Shown in pieces: positions 1 through 8,003 of a DNA stretch of 24,000 nucleotides (positions are counted from its first letter, which is position 1; each line of letters opens with the position of its first letter). Position numbers and translations under genes: made by a program. Origin of the DNA: Oscillospiraceae bacterium (GTDB lineage: Bacteria; Bacillota; Clostridia; Oscillospirales; Ruminococcaceae); the NCBI GenBank assembly GCA_036635475.1, contig JAVWQH010000014.1, positions 26,594 to 50,593 on the forward strand, in the 5' to 3' direction. The notes beneath the pieces were generated by a model. The model ran no database searches. It had not been told where the DNA came from and saw nothing but the letters and a program-made list of their open reading frames with translations.

Positions 1-344
1 TCCCATATTTTCTAAGTCCTTTACTCATATGCCAGCGAACTCCTGTTTTTAAGAAATCTATTTCCTTTCCCTGTATAATACGAAGTAGACTTGCAAAATC
101 GGAATACACTTTTTTTACATCACCGTCAGTTGTATATTTGTTCTCTATACCTGTGGCGACATTGGTTATCTCACCAATTCGAGTGTCTCTTGTATTCATT
201 TCATACTTTACAATATTATCTTCATTATATTTAACCTCTTTAACAGTAACTTTATCTTCAATGTCAATAATAATAGGCTTGTCTATTTTTGAATTGACAA
301 TAATCGGGTCATTACATAAATAGACAGAGTCTCCATCGGCGTCC
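1..344 (-). CDS. RdRP/YonO-like two-barrel single-subunit RNA polymerase, exon 2 (3' partial, runs off the window start)
   Basis: The minus-strand frame is open from 344 to 1. After splicing it reads (M)DADGDSVYLCNDPIIV...TRIGEITNVA...GKEIDFLKTGV. It carries the DxDGD metal-binding motif and an EIDFLKTG motif resembling AVDFxKTG of PF05183-type RdRPs. The + strand ORF 138..323 is its antisense shadow. Confidence 0.75.
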
Positions 345-686
345 CAATTTGGGCTATATCTTTAGCATGTCTATAAAATAGATTTAGCTATATGGCGCTT
401 CCAAATGAAGAATTTCACTTCAAATGTACTCCCTTGCGGGATAGTCTCTTAACTTTAATAATTGGATTTAGGTGTGAAGTTTTCTGCTTTCAGATTTCTT
501 GCATAAAATCCTTTCTACCTAAATCCAATTACTCTTAGCACAGGATAACAAAATTGCTTCCCCTGTTAGCACAATTCCTATATATCATTTCCTATATATC
601 CTCAACGTGAATCGCACACCCTATTTTTATAGGTTCACCATATTTATTACCTTACAGTTTCCCATAAGGAGGACAGACGCCACTTT
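345..686 (-). ncRNA. Group I self-splicing intron (IA/T4-td-like core, ORF-less, 342 nt) interrupting the polymerase gene
   Basis: All elements read on the minus strand. P1: exon 1 end GGUGGGAU pairs with intron nt 13-20 GUCCUCCU, with a U.G wobble at the splice site. P10: exon 2 start GGACGCC pairs with intron nt 6-12 GGCGUCU, contiguous with P1. P/Q-like core: GCUAACAGGGGAAGC (570-556) and AUCCUGUGCUAAG (546-534). There is a 14-bp perfect hairpin (530-517 with 473-460). R-like element GUUAAGAGACUAU (453-441). CCC-GCAA-GGG tetraloop hairpin (440-431). S-like element AAGAUAUAGCC (362-352), 10/11 identical to the classical AAGAUAUAGUC. The terminal G is the complement of c345. Confidence 0.8.
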
Positions 687-2296
687 ATCCCACCTTGTTG
701 CGGTAAACTCAAATCATACATATTAAGCATCACAACATCTTGATTTTTAAAATGTGACAAATATTTTTTAGTAGTATCGCAAGACACTAAAGTCACAGAG
801 TTAACTTCCGACGGGCACACTAGGGGGGATCTAAACGATACCGCCTTACCTTTTGGTAATGTTTCGCAGTAAAACTCATGCTCCTTTAAACACCCAACAA
901 CTTCTCTCCCTGCAACATATTCTAAATATCCAATCATATCTCCAACAACAGTATGGTAAAAGCCGCTACAATAAATCTTTCCTATTTTTGCTTCTTGGAT
1001 TGACTTCTTAAGCTTCCTATGGATAAATTGCTTTACCGCAACATCTTTAAGCATAATATCATTAGTTAGAGCAGCTTTTAAATAATTACTTTCTGCTTCA
1101 TAGCCATCAGTATTATTAATGCCCATAAATTTATATGTATAAAATTTGTCGCCTTTGACGATTTTCTCAAATAAATCGGTAGTGTACTTAGCAATCGAAA
1201 TAATTTTACCATCATTTTTACTGTCTAAAATATCATATTTAGGATAAGACTTGTCGTTAAACCACTCTACATATTTTGGATTTGTTAAATCTAAGCATTG
1301 TAAATATTGAAAATTCATTCTTGCCATTAAGTTTATATTTTTAATATGATGGCTATATTTACTAATACCGAGAGGAAATTTATGTTTTTCTACAATTTCA
1401 CAATATTTATTCCAAGCTTCGTTGCCATATTCACTTTTGAATAATTTATGACCTTTAAACATTGAGGTGTTCCAAATACAATCTATTTCATCTACTTTAT
1501 GTACTTTCCCATAAACGTCAGTTATTTCTGTAATGCCCATATCCGCAAATATCGATTTGAATGGCACAAAAACACTATAACCCTTCATAAAAGGTTTGCG
1601 TATTTGCTCACCGATAGCAAGGTAGTCTAGTCCTAAAACCTCTGTTATTTTTTCTGAAAACTCTTTTTCATGGCAACCGCAGCCATCAAAAGGGGAGATT
1701 GTTATATCACGGTATCCTTCTTCTATTTCACGAGATTTATAGGTCTTATTTTCGCCAGCTACTTTATCTATAAACGGTATTTCTTTTTCAACTACATACT
1801 TAATTAACTGGTTTTTAATTACCTTTTCATACTCCCCAACAATAACTATTTTTGGATTATAATTTTTAATCAACGTACAAGAACTAAAAGGTAAGCATCT
1901 TTGTGACTCATATTTAGATATTACACATTCATCAATCTTAATTTCCAATTGAGTTATAAAATATAACTCCTCAAAAATATCCTCACACACAAAAGCTGTA
2001 ATTCCGTCTTTTGCTTGAGACTGAGATTTCCCAAAGCGTAGATATCGTTTGCCATTAAAAACAAAACCACTCCGTATTATGTATTCTAAATCATCTTTAG
2101 TTTTTGGATTTTTTTTAGCCTCAACCAAAATCATTTCTGAAATATAATTAGCGGGGACACCACGTATTCTTTCTATTTGGTCAAATAGCAGAGAATCTGT
2201 TTGTTTTATCAAGTAATCATTTGAGATAAGATAATTATTATCTGCATTTACAATAAATTCCGAATTGATAATTTCACGAATAGGTATTTTTACCAT
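687..2296 (-). CDS. RdRP/YonO-like two-barrel single-subunit RNA polymerase, exon 1
   Basis: This is the 549-aa track ORF 647..2296 minus its last 13 codons, which are intron read-through. Exon 1 contains KAVSFRSPLVCPSEV (compare RNPxxHPGD of the RdRP family). It ends ...MYDLSLPQQGG directly before the intron. The spliced junction reads QQGG-M-DADGD. Confidence 0.8.
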
Positions 2297-2388
2297 TTCA
2301 TATTGCTTTATTTGTATTTCTTTTCACCATCCTATTATTATGTATATTTGAAAATTCCAAGAGTTCCCTTTCTATATTATTTGCGATT

Positions 2389-2535
2389 TTAATTATTTAC
2401 TTCGTGTAATTGAATATTGTATATGTCTACACATTCCTTCACGAGTGAATGATAATACTGCTCCTTAGATATGAAATCACCAGACATATGATATTTTACA
2501 TTTGTTAGATACTTAGATTGTTGTAATTTAATCAA
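2389..2535 (-). CDS. small hypothetical protein (48 aa, TTG start)
   Basis: AAAGGAG lies 8 nt upstream of the TTG. The ORF reads LIKLQQSKYLTNVKYHMSGDFISKEQYYHSLVKECVDIYNIQLHEVNN*. It fills the gap between two minus-strand genes and is below the track length cutoff. Confidence 0.35.
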   Translation of the reverse strand: MIKLQQSKYLTNVKYHMSGDFISKEQYYHSLVKECVDIYNIQLHEVNN

Positions 2536-2562
2536 CTGCAATTCTCCTTTTAAAAATTATAA

Positions 2563-3270
2563 TTAATATAGTTGTGTTTGAACACTGTCCTCGTGTAAAG
2601 CTTTGTTATTCAATAAAAATTCTTCACCCCATTTCAGTTCATCTTCCCAGTTGCCAGTTTTGTCTACAAACAGTGTCACATCAGTGTGCCAGTTATCATA
2701 TTTGTCTTTGTATCGTGGCATTGGGCGAGAAACAATGATATTTAAACTTTCCAATGCGGTAATGCAGGCACTGACAGTTTTAGGACTGAGAGCAGTATCG
2801 TCTGCTATAGTTTTAATTTGACGGTAGAAGAACTCTGGTTTCTTCTTGTGAGCATTGTTTTGCTGGTACTCACTGCGTCGAAGCTTGTTGACACGTATGT
2901 AGCAAAGAATTAATAGTAGTTTGTCGTAGGAAACATTACGTAGCTTTGATTTATATTCACGCATTTTCTGTAATTCGTTTAATGAAACAATAGCAAATGA
3001 ATTAGCTGTATCAAATTTTTCGGAATTTAACTGCAAAATACAAACTTTATATCCAGAATATTCACCAAACTCCTTTATAAAATATTCAAGTCCTTCCATT
3101 GTGTCAAGAATAGTAACGAACTTTCTGTTTATACCGTTTTTGTTTTTATCTGGCTTATAACCGCTGGACACCACTAAATCGTGTAACGTAATATAAGATT
3201 TGTCATCTAATGAGCGACGAATAAAAAGATATACAAAAACGGATAATCGCATTGGAAATAAATTTTTCAT
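2563..3270 (-). CDS. hypothetical protein, probable winged-HTH DNA-binding protein (replication-organizer or regulator-like)
   Basis: 235-aa ORF co-oriented with its neighbours. The segment IKTIADDTALSPKTVSACITALESLNII looks like an HTH. The family is not recognised. Confidence 0.6.
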   Translation of the reverse strand: MKNLFPMRLSVFVYLFIRRSLDDKSYITLHDLVVSSGYKPDKNKNGINRKFVTILDTMEGLEYFIKEFGEYSGYKVCILQLNSEKFDTANSFAIVSLNELQKMREYKSKLRNVSYDKLLLILCYIRVNKLRRSEYQQNNAHKKKPEFFYRQIKTIADDTALSPKTVSACITALESLNIIVSRPMPRYKDKYDNWHTDVTLFVDKTGNWEDELKWGEEFLLNNKALHEDSVQTQLY

Positions 3271-3462
3271 CTCAATTATTTCTCGTGGTACTATTACAAA
3301 TTTTTCATTTATGGATTTTCGTTTAATAATTTAATCCCTCCAATTAATATCTTACTGACCGAAATGTAAGTCTATTTTACAAAACAGCATAATTATACTG
3401 ACCATTCAGTCAAGAATTTGTCCGTTCATAAACAACATGGACTCTTATAAACAAAAGATTAC

Positions 3463-4281
3463 TTATGCAACTGGGTTTATTCTGTATTTTTCTTTCATTT
3501 TATTTTCCACATATATTAATCCAAATTCAGTAATACAAATGTCACGATTTATAATTGCATATTTACTATCTTTTGCAAACTGCGTTATTTTATAAACTTT
3601 TGATTTAGGTTTTGGCTTTTCTATAATATTTAACTCTGTTAACATTTTATTTACTTTTAATAATGTGGTGAAGTCTTTTGGATATTCATAATTAAGCAAT
3701 TCTTGTAGACACCGAAGTGAGTAAAACCGCACGTCTTTTCGATATCCTTTTTCCTGATTTAGAATGTAATCTCTTGCAATTTTTGGATTTTTCTTTTTTA
3801 TCAAAATATCATCTTCTGTAAGTTGATACTCGCAATTTAATAAAAACGGAGACGAGCGGGATAGTCTATATACCATAGATACGCTTGTTTTTATATCAAC
3901 CATGGGCAACATACTACGATGCCCAGATATAATTTCGGACATAGTATCTTCAGTGTTGTATCCATTGAACAAGGCATTATACTTTAGCACATATGCGTTT
4001 TCTCTTAGTATGAGTACAGTCTTTAATTTTAATTTAGATGTGTACTTAAAATTACTTTCAGTAATGGGGAATAGTTCTTCAATTGAATAATTAAAAACAG
4101 ATTCTCCATATTGGTTGTAGTCATCTTGTAATGATTGAATAAAATGTGTGTTGTCTGACAAACTTAATCTGTGTTCATTCCATCTTCTATCAATATTTAG
4201 AGTTTCACCTATGTAAACTTTATTGTTCATTGTATTTGTGATTTTATATATTCCCACTTTATTTTGCAATTTTATCCTCAT
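3463..4281 (-). CDS. GIY-YIG family homing endonuclease (free-standing)
   Basis: The N-terminus GIYKITNTMNNKVYIGETLNIDRRWNEHR carries the GIY...YIG...R...H/E motif spacing of I-TevI/Seg-type nucleases. A long basic C-terminal half is typical of DNA-binding modules. There is no SD, which is common for HEGs. Confidence 0.85.
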   Translation of the reverse strand: MRIKLQNKVGIYKITNTMNNKVYIGETLNIDRRWNEHRLSLSDNTHFIQSLQDDYNQYGESVFNYSIEELFPITESNFKYTSKLKLKTVLILRENAYVLKYNALFNGYNTEDTMSEIISGHRSMLPMVDIKTSVSMVYRLSRSSPFLLNCEYQLTEDDILIKKKNPKIARDYILNQEKGYRKDVRFYSLRCLQELLNYEYPKDFTTLLKVNKMLTELNIIEKPKPKSKVYKITQFAKDSKYAIINRDICITEFGLIYVENKMKEKYRINPVA

Positions 4282-4310
4282 TTCTATTAATAAATATAAT
4301 GTTTTTTTAA

Positions 4311-5114
4311 TTATTTCAATTCAATCTGTTCAATCTGTGTGTCCAGCATTAGATCAAACAATTCCTTAAGCTTATAATCTGCGTCAATAGTATTAAGTGT
4401 GTACAGTCCATTATCTTGTAGGTTGTGCTGCGCACAATATTCTTCTTGGTATTCTCCCAAATCAATATCGTATGTATCTTGGAATTCAGTATATAGTTTG
4501 CGTAGCATCTGTTTGCGGATAATGCCGTTATATTCGGCTAATTTGTCTATCTTATCGTATGTTTTGCCCATCCAACGGGTATACCGGGGCTTGTATGGTT
4601 GTGGAAGCTGTGTTGTTATGAGAGCCGTTAGTGTGGTAATCTGTTGTTGTGCTTGCGTTTGGTTTGACTGCTGTAACGCTAATATGTCTGATTGTATTTT
4701 CAGTAATGTATCTGTGATTGGAGATAAATCTAGTTGCTGTGTATTTAAACGTCTCATTGCTATTTTTAATCCTTTTTCACAGGCTAGAAAATATTGTCTG
4801 GCTTGCTCTCCACGTTCTGATTTAGATAACATTGATAGTTGTTTTGCAAACTCTGATGTAAGTTTATAGTCGGTTGTTGGCTTAGGGTTATTTCGTTCTT
4901 CCTCTACGACGAACGGAATGTAATCTTTACTTATTTCTGCAAATTTATTTTTGAGTATGTTTGCGTTGCACCATCTTGAATAGTTTTTAGGCTCTAATTC
5001 TAAGAAGTCATAAAGTTTTTTTGCTGTAGTCATACCGTTGTCGTCGATACCAATAAGTATTTCAATAGGTGTTTTCTCTGTGATTTGGTTATTTGTTTTT
5101 TGTAATTTATCCAA
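4311..5114 (-). CDS. phage antirepressor-like protein (AntA-like N-terminus + KilAC/ANT domain)
   Basis: LTSEFAKQLSMLSKSERGEQARQYFLACEK matches the KilAC/ANT signature (G..aR.YFi..E). The start is TTG with a weak SD, so the start position is uncertain. Confidence 0.7.
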   Translation of the reverse strand: MDKLQKTNNQITEKTPIEILIGIDDNGMTTAKKLYDFLELEPKNYSRWCNANILKNKFAEISKDYIPFVVEEERNNPKPTTDYKLTSEFAKQLSMLSKSERGEQARQYFLACEKGLKIAMRRLNTQQLDLSPITDTLLKIQSDILALQQSNQTQAQQQITTLTALITTQLPQPYKPRYTRWMGKTYDKIDKLAEYNGIIRKQMLRKLYTEFQDTYDIDLGEYQEEYCAQHNLQDNGLYTLNTIDADYKLKELFDLMLDTQIEQIELK

Positions 5115-5376
5115 TATTTATTCTCTTTTTAACTTTGTGTTTATTTATGTTCTGTATGTGTGATAATCCAAATGAAGAAATTCGTACTTCTAAAATTCTT
5201 ACTTATATATAACCTACCTCAGATTAGGGTATACGATCTTTTATTTTTGCTGATGGGGATTTAATCTGTCGTCATTGGTATTGCAGTAAAAATTGCAGTC
5301 AAGATTATTGAATTGCTCCGCTGTGATTGGTTTTAGATTCATGTTTTGGTTTTGTCCCTTCAGTTTTGCATTTAAA

Positions 5377-5415
5377 GTATGTGTTGTTTATATTATTTCT
5401 ACCGATAGAATATTT
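5377..5415 (-). repeat. 39-bp perfect direct repeat, copy 1 (contains the dispersed 25-nt motif)
   Basis: GTATGTGTTGTTTATATTATTTCTACCGATAGAATATTT is identical to 5910..5948. It overlaps the last 8 codons plus the stop of CDS 5388..5609. Confidence 0.95.
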
Positions 5416-5609
5416 ATGTCTAACATTTTAGCTAACAAATAAGTTATATAACCATTGATTAAAATACCATTTTCATCAATTATAATAGAGTCTCTCAATT
5501 CATGTGTCATTTTATATAGACCATATTTACTTGCTAGTTTGCTAGTTGAAGGCAAATTATTTTTAAAATTATCGGGAATGATTATCTGTGATATATCTAT
5601 TTTCTGCAT
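5388..5609 (-). CDS. small ParB/Srx N-terminal-domain-like protein (73 aa)
   Basis: AAAGGAA SD. SIIIDENGILINGYITYLLAKMLDINILSVE resembles the ParB-N core (vvd.ng.liDGyhR..Aak.lg). The assignment is tentative. Confidence 0.5.
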   Translation of the reverse strand: MQKIDISQIIIPDNFKNNLPSTSKLASKYGLYKMTHELRDSIIIDENGILINGYITYLLAKMLDINILSVEII

Positions 5610-5642
5610 TTGTTAATTCCTTTACATTGTTTTAATAATTTC

Positions 5643-5670
5643 ATTATAGCATACAAGTAAAATTTGTCAA
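5643..5670 (-). promoter_or_regulatory. sigma-A-type promoter for the leftward arm
   Basis: The minus strand reads TTGACA (5670-5665), a 16-nt spacer, then TATAAT (5648-5643). It lies ~35 nt upstream of the 5609 start. The upstream flank ATAATATAAACGTTGACAAATT closely resembles the 9893 promoter region. Confidence 0.7.
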
Positions 5671-5671
5671 C

Positions 5672-5687
5672 GTTTATATTATTTCTA
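5672..5687 (-). repeat. partial copy of the dispersed motif, abutting the -35 of the leftward promoter
   Basis: GTTTATATTATTTCTA is identical to 5386-5401 and 5919-5934. Confidence 0.8.
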
Positions 5688-5706
5688 TTTGTTAATAAAT
5701 TGTAAA

Positions 5707-5734
5707 TAAAAAAAGCCTCTATAATATAGAGGCT
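5707..5734 (-). terminator. rho-independent terminator (minus strand)
   Basis: 9-bp stem 5714-5722/5726-5734 (AGCCUCUAU/AUAGAGGCU) with a 3-nt loop. An A7 run at 5708-5714 is a U-run on the minus strand. Confidence 0.75.
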
Positions 5735-5909
5735 AAATAGTAATTTATTCTATTACAATCTAAAAAATAAATAGGTATCAACACACAACGAAATTAAAGG
5801 CATTTTAAGACGATTAATATTTTAATGTCAAATTACATTAAACAGATATATAAATTAAAAATAGGTACAGTATTTTCAACATAAGCACAAAATGTAAGTG
5901 ATATTTTCG

Positions 5910-5948
5910 GTATGTGTTGTTTATATTATTTCTACCGATAGAATATTT
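5910..5948 (-). repeat. 39-bp perfect direct repeat, copy 2 (relic gene 3' end in non-coding DNA)
   Basis: Identical to 5377..5415 and 533 bp away. On the minus strand it still reads ...NILSVEII*, with no ORF attached. Confidence 0.95.
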
Positions 5949-6581
5949 GAATATATTATTAAAATTTATTTGAGTATATTGTCATCTTCGGTAAGATTGA
6001 AATAATATGAAAATATAATTATCAACAATAGGTAGATGAATTAGACTATATTAGAGAAATAACAGTTAATTTGGTATATAAATATTTAAGTTTACTTGCT
6101 ATTAAATTTATTATTTATTTGTCATTTATTTAAAATATTGAAATTTATATGAGGGTTCGGATGAAGTTCCCATATTTAATATGTTTTTTTCGTATTATAG
6201 AAGTTATATTTAAGTATTTATATGGTTTATTTGAGAATTACATATATATTTAATTTATATTTTATTTGCATTAAGTTAGTATTTATTATGGTTTTGCCGA
6301 AGTGAGTACCGAAGAAAATGGAGTTATTTTAGGAGAATTTTGTAATATTTTATTTTGAAATTTTATTTCGGGATGGTGGAAAAGTTGTGTGAGTGAAGAT
6401 GAACTACTATGAGGTTTTTGCTCTACTGTACCACCTTGTAAAATGTAAATACACCCCACTTGAACCAATGATTAATGCACGTTTATTATATCAAGTAATT
6501 TATCATACATAATAAATGACTTAATATGCTGAATTTCAATAATAATAGCAATGCAACTTTAATAATAGCGGGAAATAGCAT

Positions 6582-6636
6582 AAAAAAGCAACTGTGTATA
6601 CTGTATATATACGGTATACACAGTTGTTCGTTTTTT
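6582..6636. terminator. bidirectional rho-independent terminator
   Basis: 12-bp perfect stem 6589-6600/6615-6626 (CAACTGTGTATA/TATACACAGTTG). It is flanked by A5 upstream (6582-6586) and T6 downstream (6631-6636). Confidence 0.75.
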
Positions 6637-6769
6637 CATTAACGATAATCATTCCTATTAAGCTTACAATTATATCCAATTCATATATTTAATTAATCAG
6701 CCTTGAATCAAACCACCACTATATACAATTTACACAAAAAACTATCCATATTTTCTACACAATCCAGCA

Positions 6770-6798
6770 TTGCAATATGCTATACAACGCTATATAAT
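6770..6798 (+). promoter_or_regulatory. sigma-A-type promoter for the RHH-sigma operon
   Basis: TTGCAA (6770-6775), a 17-nt spacer, then TATAAT (6793-6798). The track ORF start at 6770 is the TTG of this -35 box, so it is not a real start. Confidence 0.65.
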
Positions 6799-6820
6799 TA
6801 TATACATAAAGGAGGTGTCT

Positions 6821-6979
6821 ATTATATCACAGCAGGTCAATACCCGCTTGCCTGATGCGCTCTATCAAAAACTAAAATCATATGCCGACAGTCAATATAT
6901 TGATGTTACAACAGTTATTAAAATGGCACTTGTTAAATTTTTAGATGAAGTAAACACAGACAGCGACAATAAAAAATAA
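6821..6979 (+). CDS. ribbon-helix-helix (CopG/Arc-like) DNA-binding protein
   Basis: QQVNTRLPDALYQKLKSYADSQYIDVTTVIKMALVKFL fits an RHH strand-helix-helix. AAGGAGG lies at 6809-6815. The only in-frame codons at SD distance are ATT (6821) and ATA (6824), so a non-canonical start is likely. The track ORF 6770..6979 is in the same frame. Confidence 0.6.
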   Translation: MISQQVNTRLPDALYQKLKSYADSQYIDVTTVIKMALVKFLDEVNTDSDNKK

Positions 6980-6980
6980 C

Positions 6981-7019
6981 GGTGTACCCTATACACCGAC
7001 TAAAGCAACAGGGTACACC
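6981..7019 (+). promoter_or_regulatory. 10-bp inverted repeat between the RHH and sigma genes (operator or RNA hairpin)
   Basis: GGTGTACCCT (6981-6990) and AGGGTACACC (7010-7019) form a perfect inverted repeat with a 19-nt spacer. No U-run follows. Confidence 0.4.
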
Positions 7020-7107
7020 ACCACAACAAAACCGTAACGGCTTTGCTAAATTTATTATAGCATACCTATAACCGGTTTACAACAAAAAATGAAAGAGGTA
7101 AACCACA

Positions 7108-7833
7108 ATGACAACTAAAACAACAACCGCCACCCATGACATTATTGAAGCCCTATCACGCAAGGCAACAGCCGGAACACTTAAACGGATATATGATGCA
7201 AGTGGCAACGATAATATACGCAAGCTGCGTACCGCCTTGCAACACGATTACAGCATACTTGATAATAATCTATCTGATACAATAAGCGACGCATACGATT
7301 GTCACTTAACCGCCTATAACTATCTACTAGAACAGTATAACAATGGTTTGACCGCTGATAATACAATTACAACCACCTTAAAAAATGGCACTGAAAAAAC
7401 CCGTACTATATATCAATGGGCATGCGTGGCAGTCCGCAAATACATTTATAGTAACAAGTCTATTGAGAATAACGGGAAATATATATATATTGAGGATATG
7501 GCCACTGAAAAAATGGACTCTAACTTAGCATTAGATTGTGAATATATCCGCTTAAATAAATACAGTGACTTAGCAAGTGACACACAATATGGAATAAGCG
7601 GTGCATACAATGATTATATAACTTATAATGATATTATTGCAAGTCTTAATCTAACACATAGACAATTAACAGTTGTTACAATGCGTATGCAAGGACTATC
7701 AACAGTCGCAATAGCGGATAAGCTACAAGTGTCGCAACAAGCTATTAGCAAAACATTAGCACAGGTGCAAACGTACGTTTCTACTCAATATCCTGATATG
7801 GTCAGACTTTTTAAAACCGCTAGAAAAGCATAA
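7108..7833 (+). CDS. sigma-70-family RNA polymerase sigma factor (phage/MGE-type)
   Basis: AAAGAGG SD. The C-terminus LTHRQLTVVTMRMQGLSTVAIADKLQVSQQAISKTLAQVQ is a typical region 4.2 HTH. DAYDCHLTAYNYLLEQ and TIYQWACVAVRKYIY are region-2-like. Confidence 0.7.
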   Translation: MTTKTTTATHDIIEALSRKATAGTLKRIYDASGNDNIRKLRTALQHDYSILDNNLSDTISDAYDCHLTAYNYLLEQYNNGLTADNTITTTLKNGTEKTRTIYQWACVAVRKYIYSNKSIENNGKYIYIEDMATEKMDSNLALDCEYIRLNKYSDLASDTQYGISGAYNDYITYNDIIASLNLTHRQLTVVTMRMQGLSTVAIADKLQVSQQAISKTLAQVQTYVSTQYPDMVRLFKTARKA

Positions 7834-7852
7834 AACCGCATAATAAACCACT

Positions 7853-7886
7853 TAACCGCCTTGAAATATAGGCGGTTATTTTTTTG
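7853..7886 (+). terminator. rho-independent terminator after the sigma gene
   Basis: 8-bp stem TAACCGCC (7853-7860) / GGCGGTTA (7871-7878), followed by a T7 run. Confidence 0.8.
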
Positions 7887-7905
7887 CAAAATTATTTTTA
7901 AAAAG

Positions 7906-7938
7906 GGTTGTAAGTAGTCGCTTTTTTTGTAGTAGAGT
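7906..7938 (+). promoter_or_regulatory. bipartite promoter-like repeat, copy A (GGTTGTAA-N15-GTAGTAGAGT)
   Basis: GGTTGTAA at 7906-7913 and GTAGTAGAGT at 7929-7938. Boxes and spacing are identical to copy B. It is a poor fit to sigma-A (TTGTAA-N19-TAGAGT). Confidence 0.45.
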
Positions 7939-8003
7939 ACAAGGCAAACAAGCGACACACAAAGACAATCTCAAAAAAGAATTTAAAAAAGTTTTAATTT
8001 TGA

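Noticed and set aside
647-686. The C-terminal tail (…IKWRLSSLWETVR*) of the 549-aa track ORF.
   Set aside because: These 13 codons are read-through into the group I intron. The P1/P10 pairing places the 5' splice site after nt 687 (minus strand), and the true continuation is exon 2 (344..1).
3352-3410. Repeated TACTGACC words and small palindromes (CTTAC..GTAAG, ACTGA..TCAGT) upstream of the 2563..3270 gene, possibly operators or a promoter.
   Set aside because: No acceptable -35/-10 spacing could be found (TTGACT lies only 10 nt from TATAAT). The repeats are short.
5165-5195. GAAGT..GAATTTCTTCATTTGGA resembles a segment of the intron (398-425), hinting at a second intron fragment.
   Set aside because: Only an 11-nt exact match plus scattered identities is shared. 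By rough estimate, tens of such 11-mer matches are expected by chance in 24 kb of AT-rich DNA. No other group I core elements are nearby.
6286-6468. 60-aa minus-strand ORF in the coding desert.
   Set aside because: It has a TTG start with no SD, and its Ser/Pro-rich translation has no motif. It coincides with the GC-richer island, which is better treated as possible RNA or decayed sequence.
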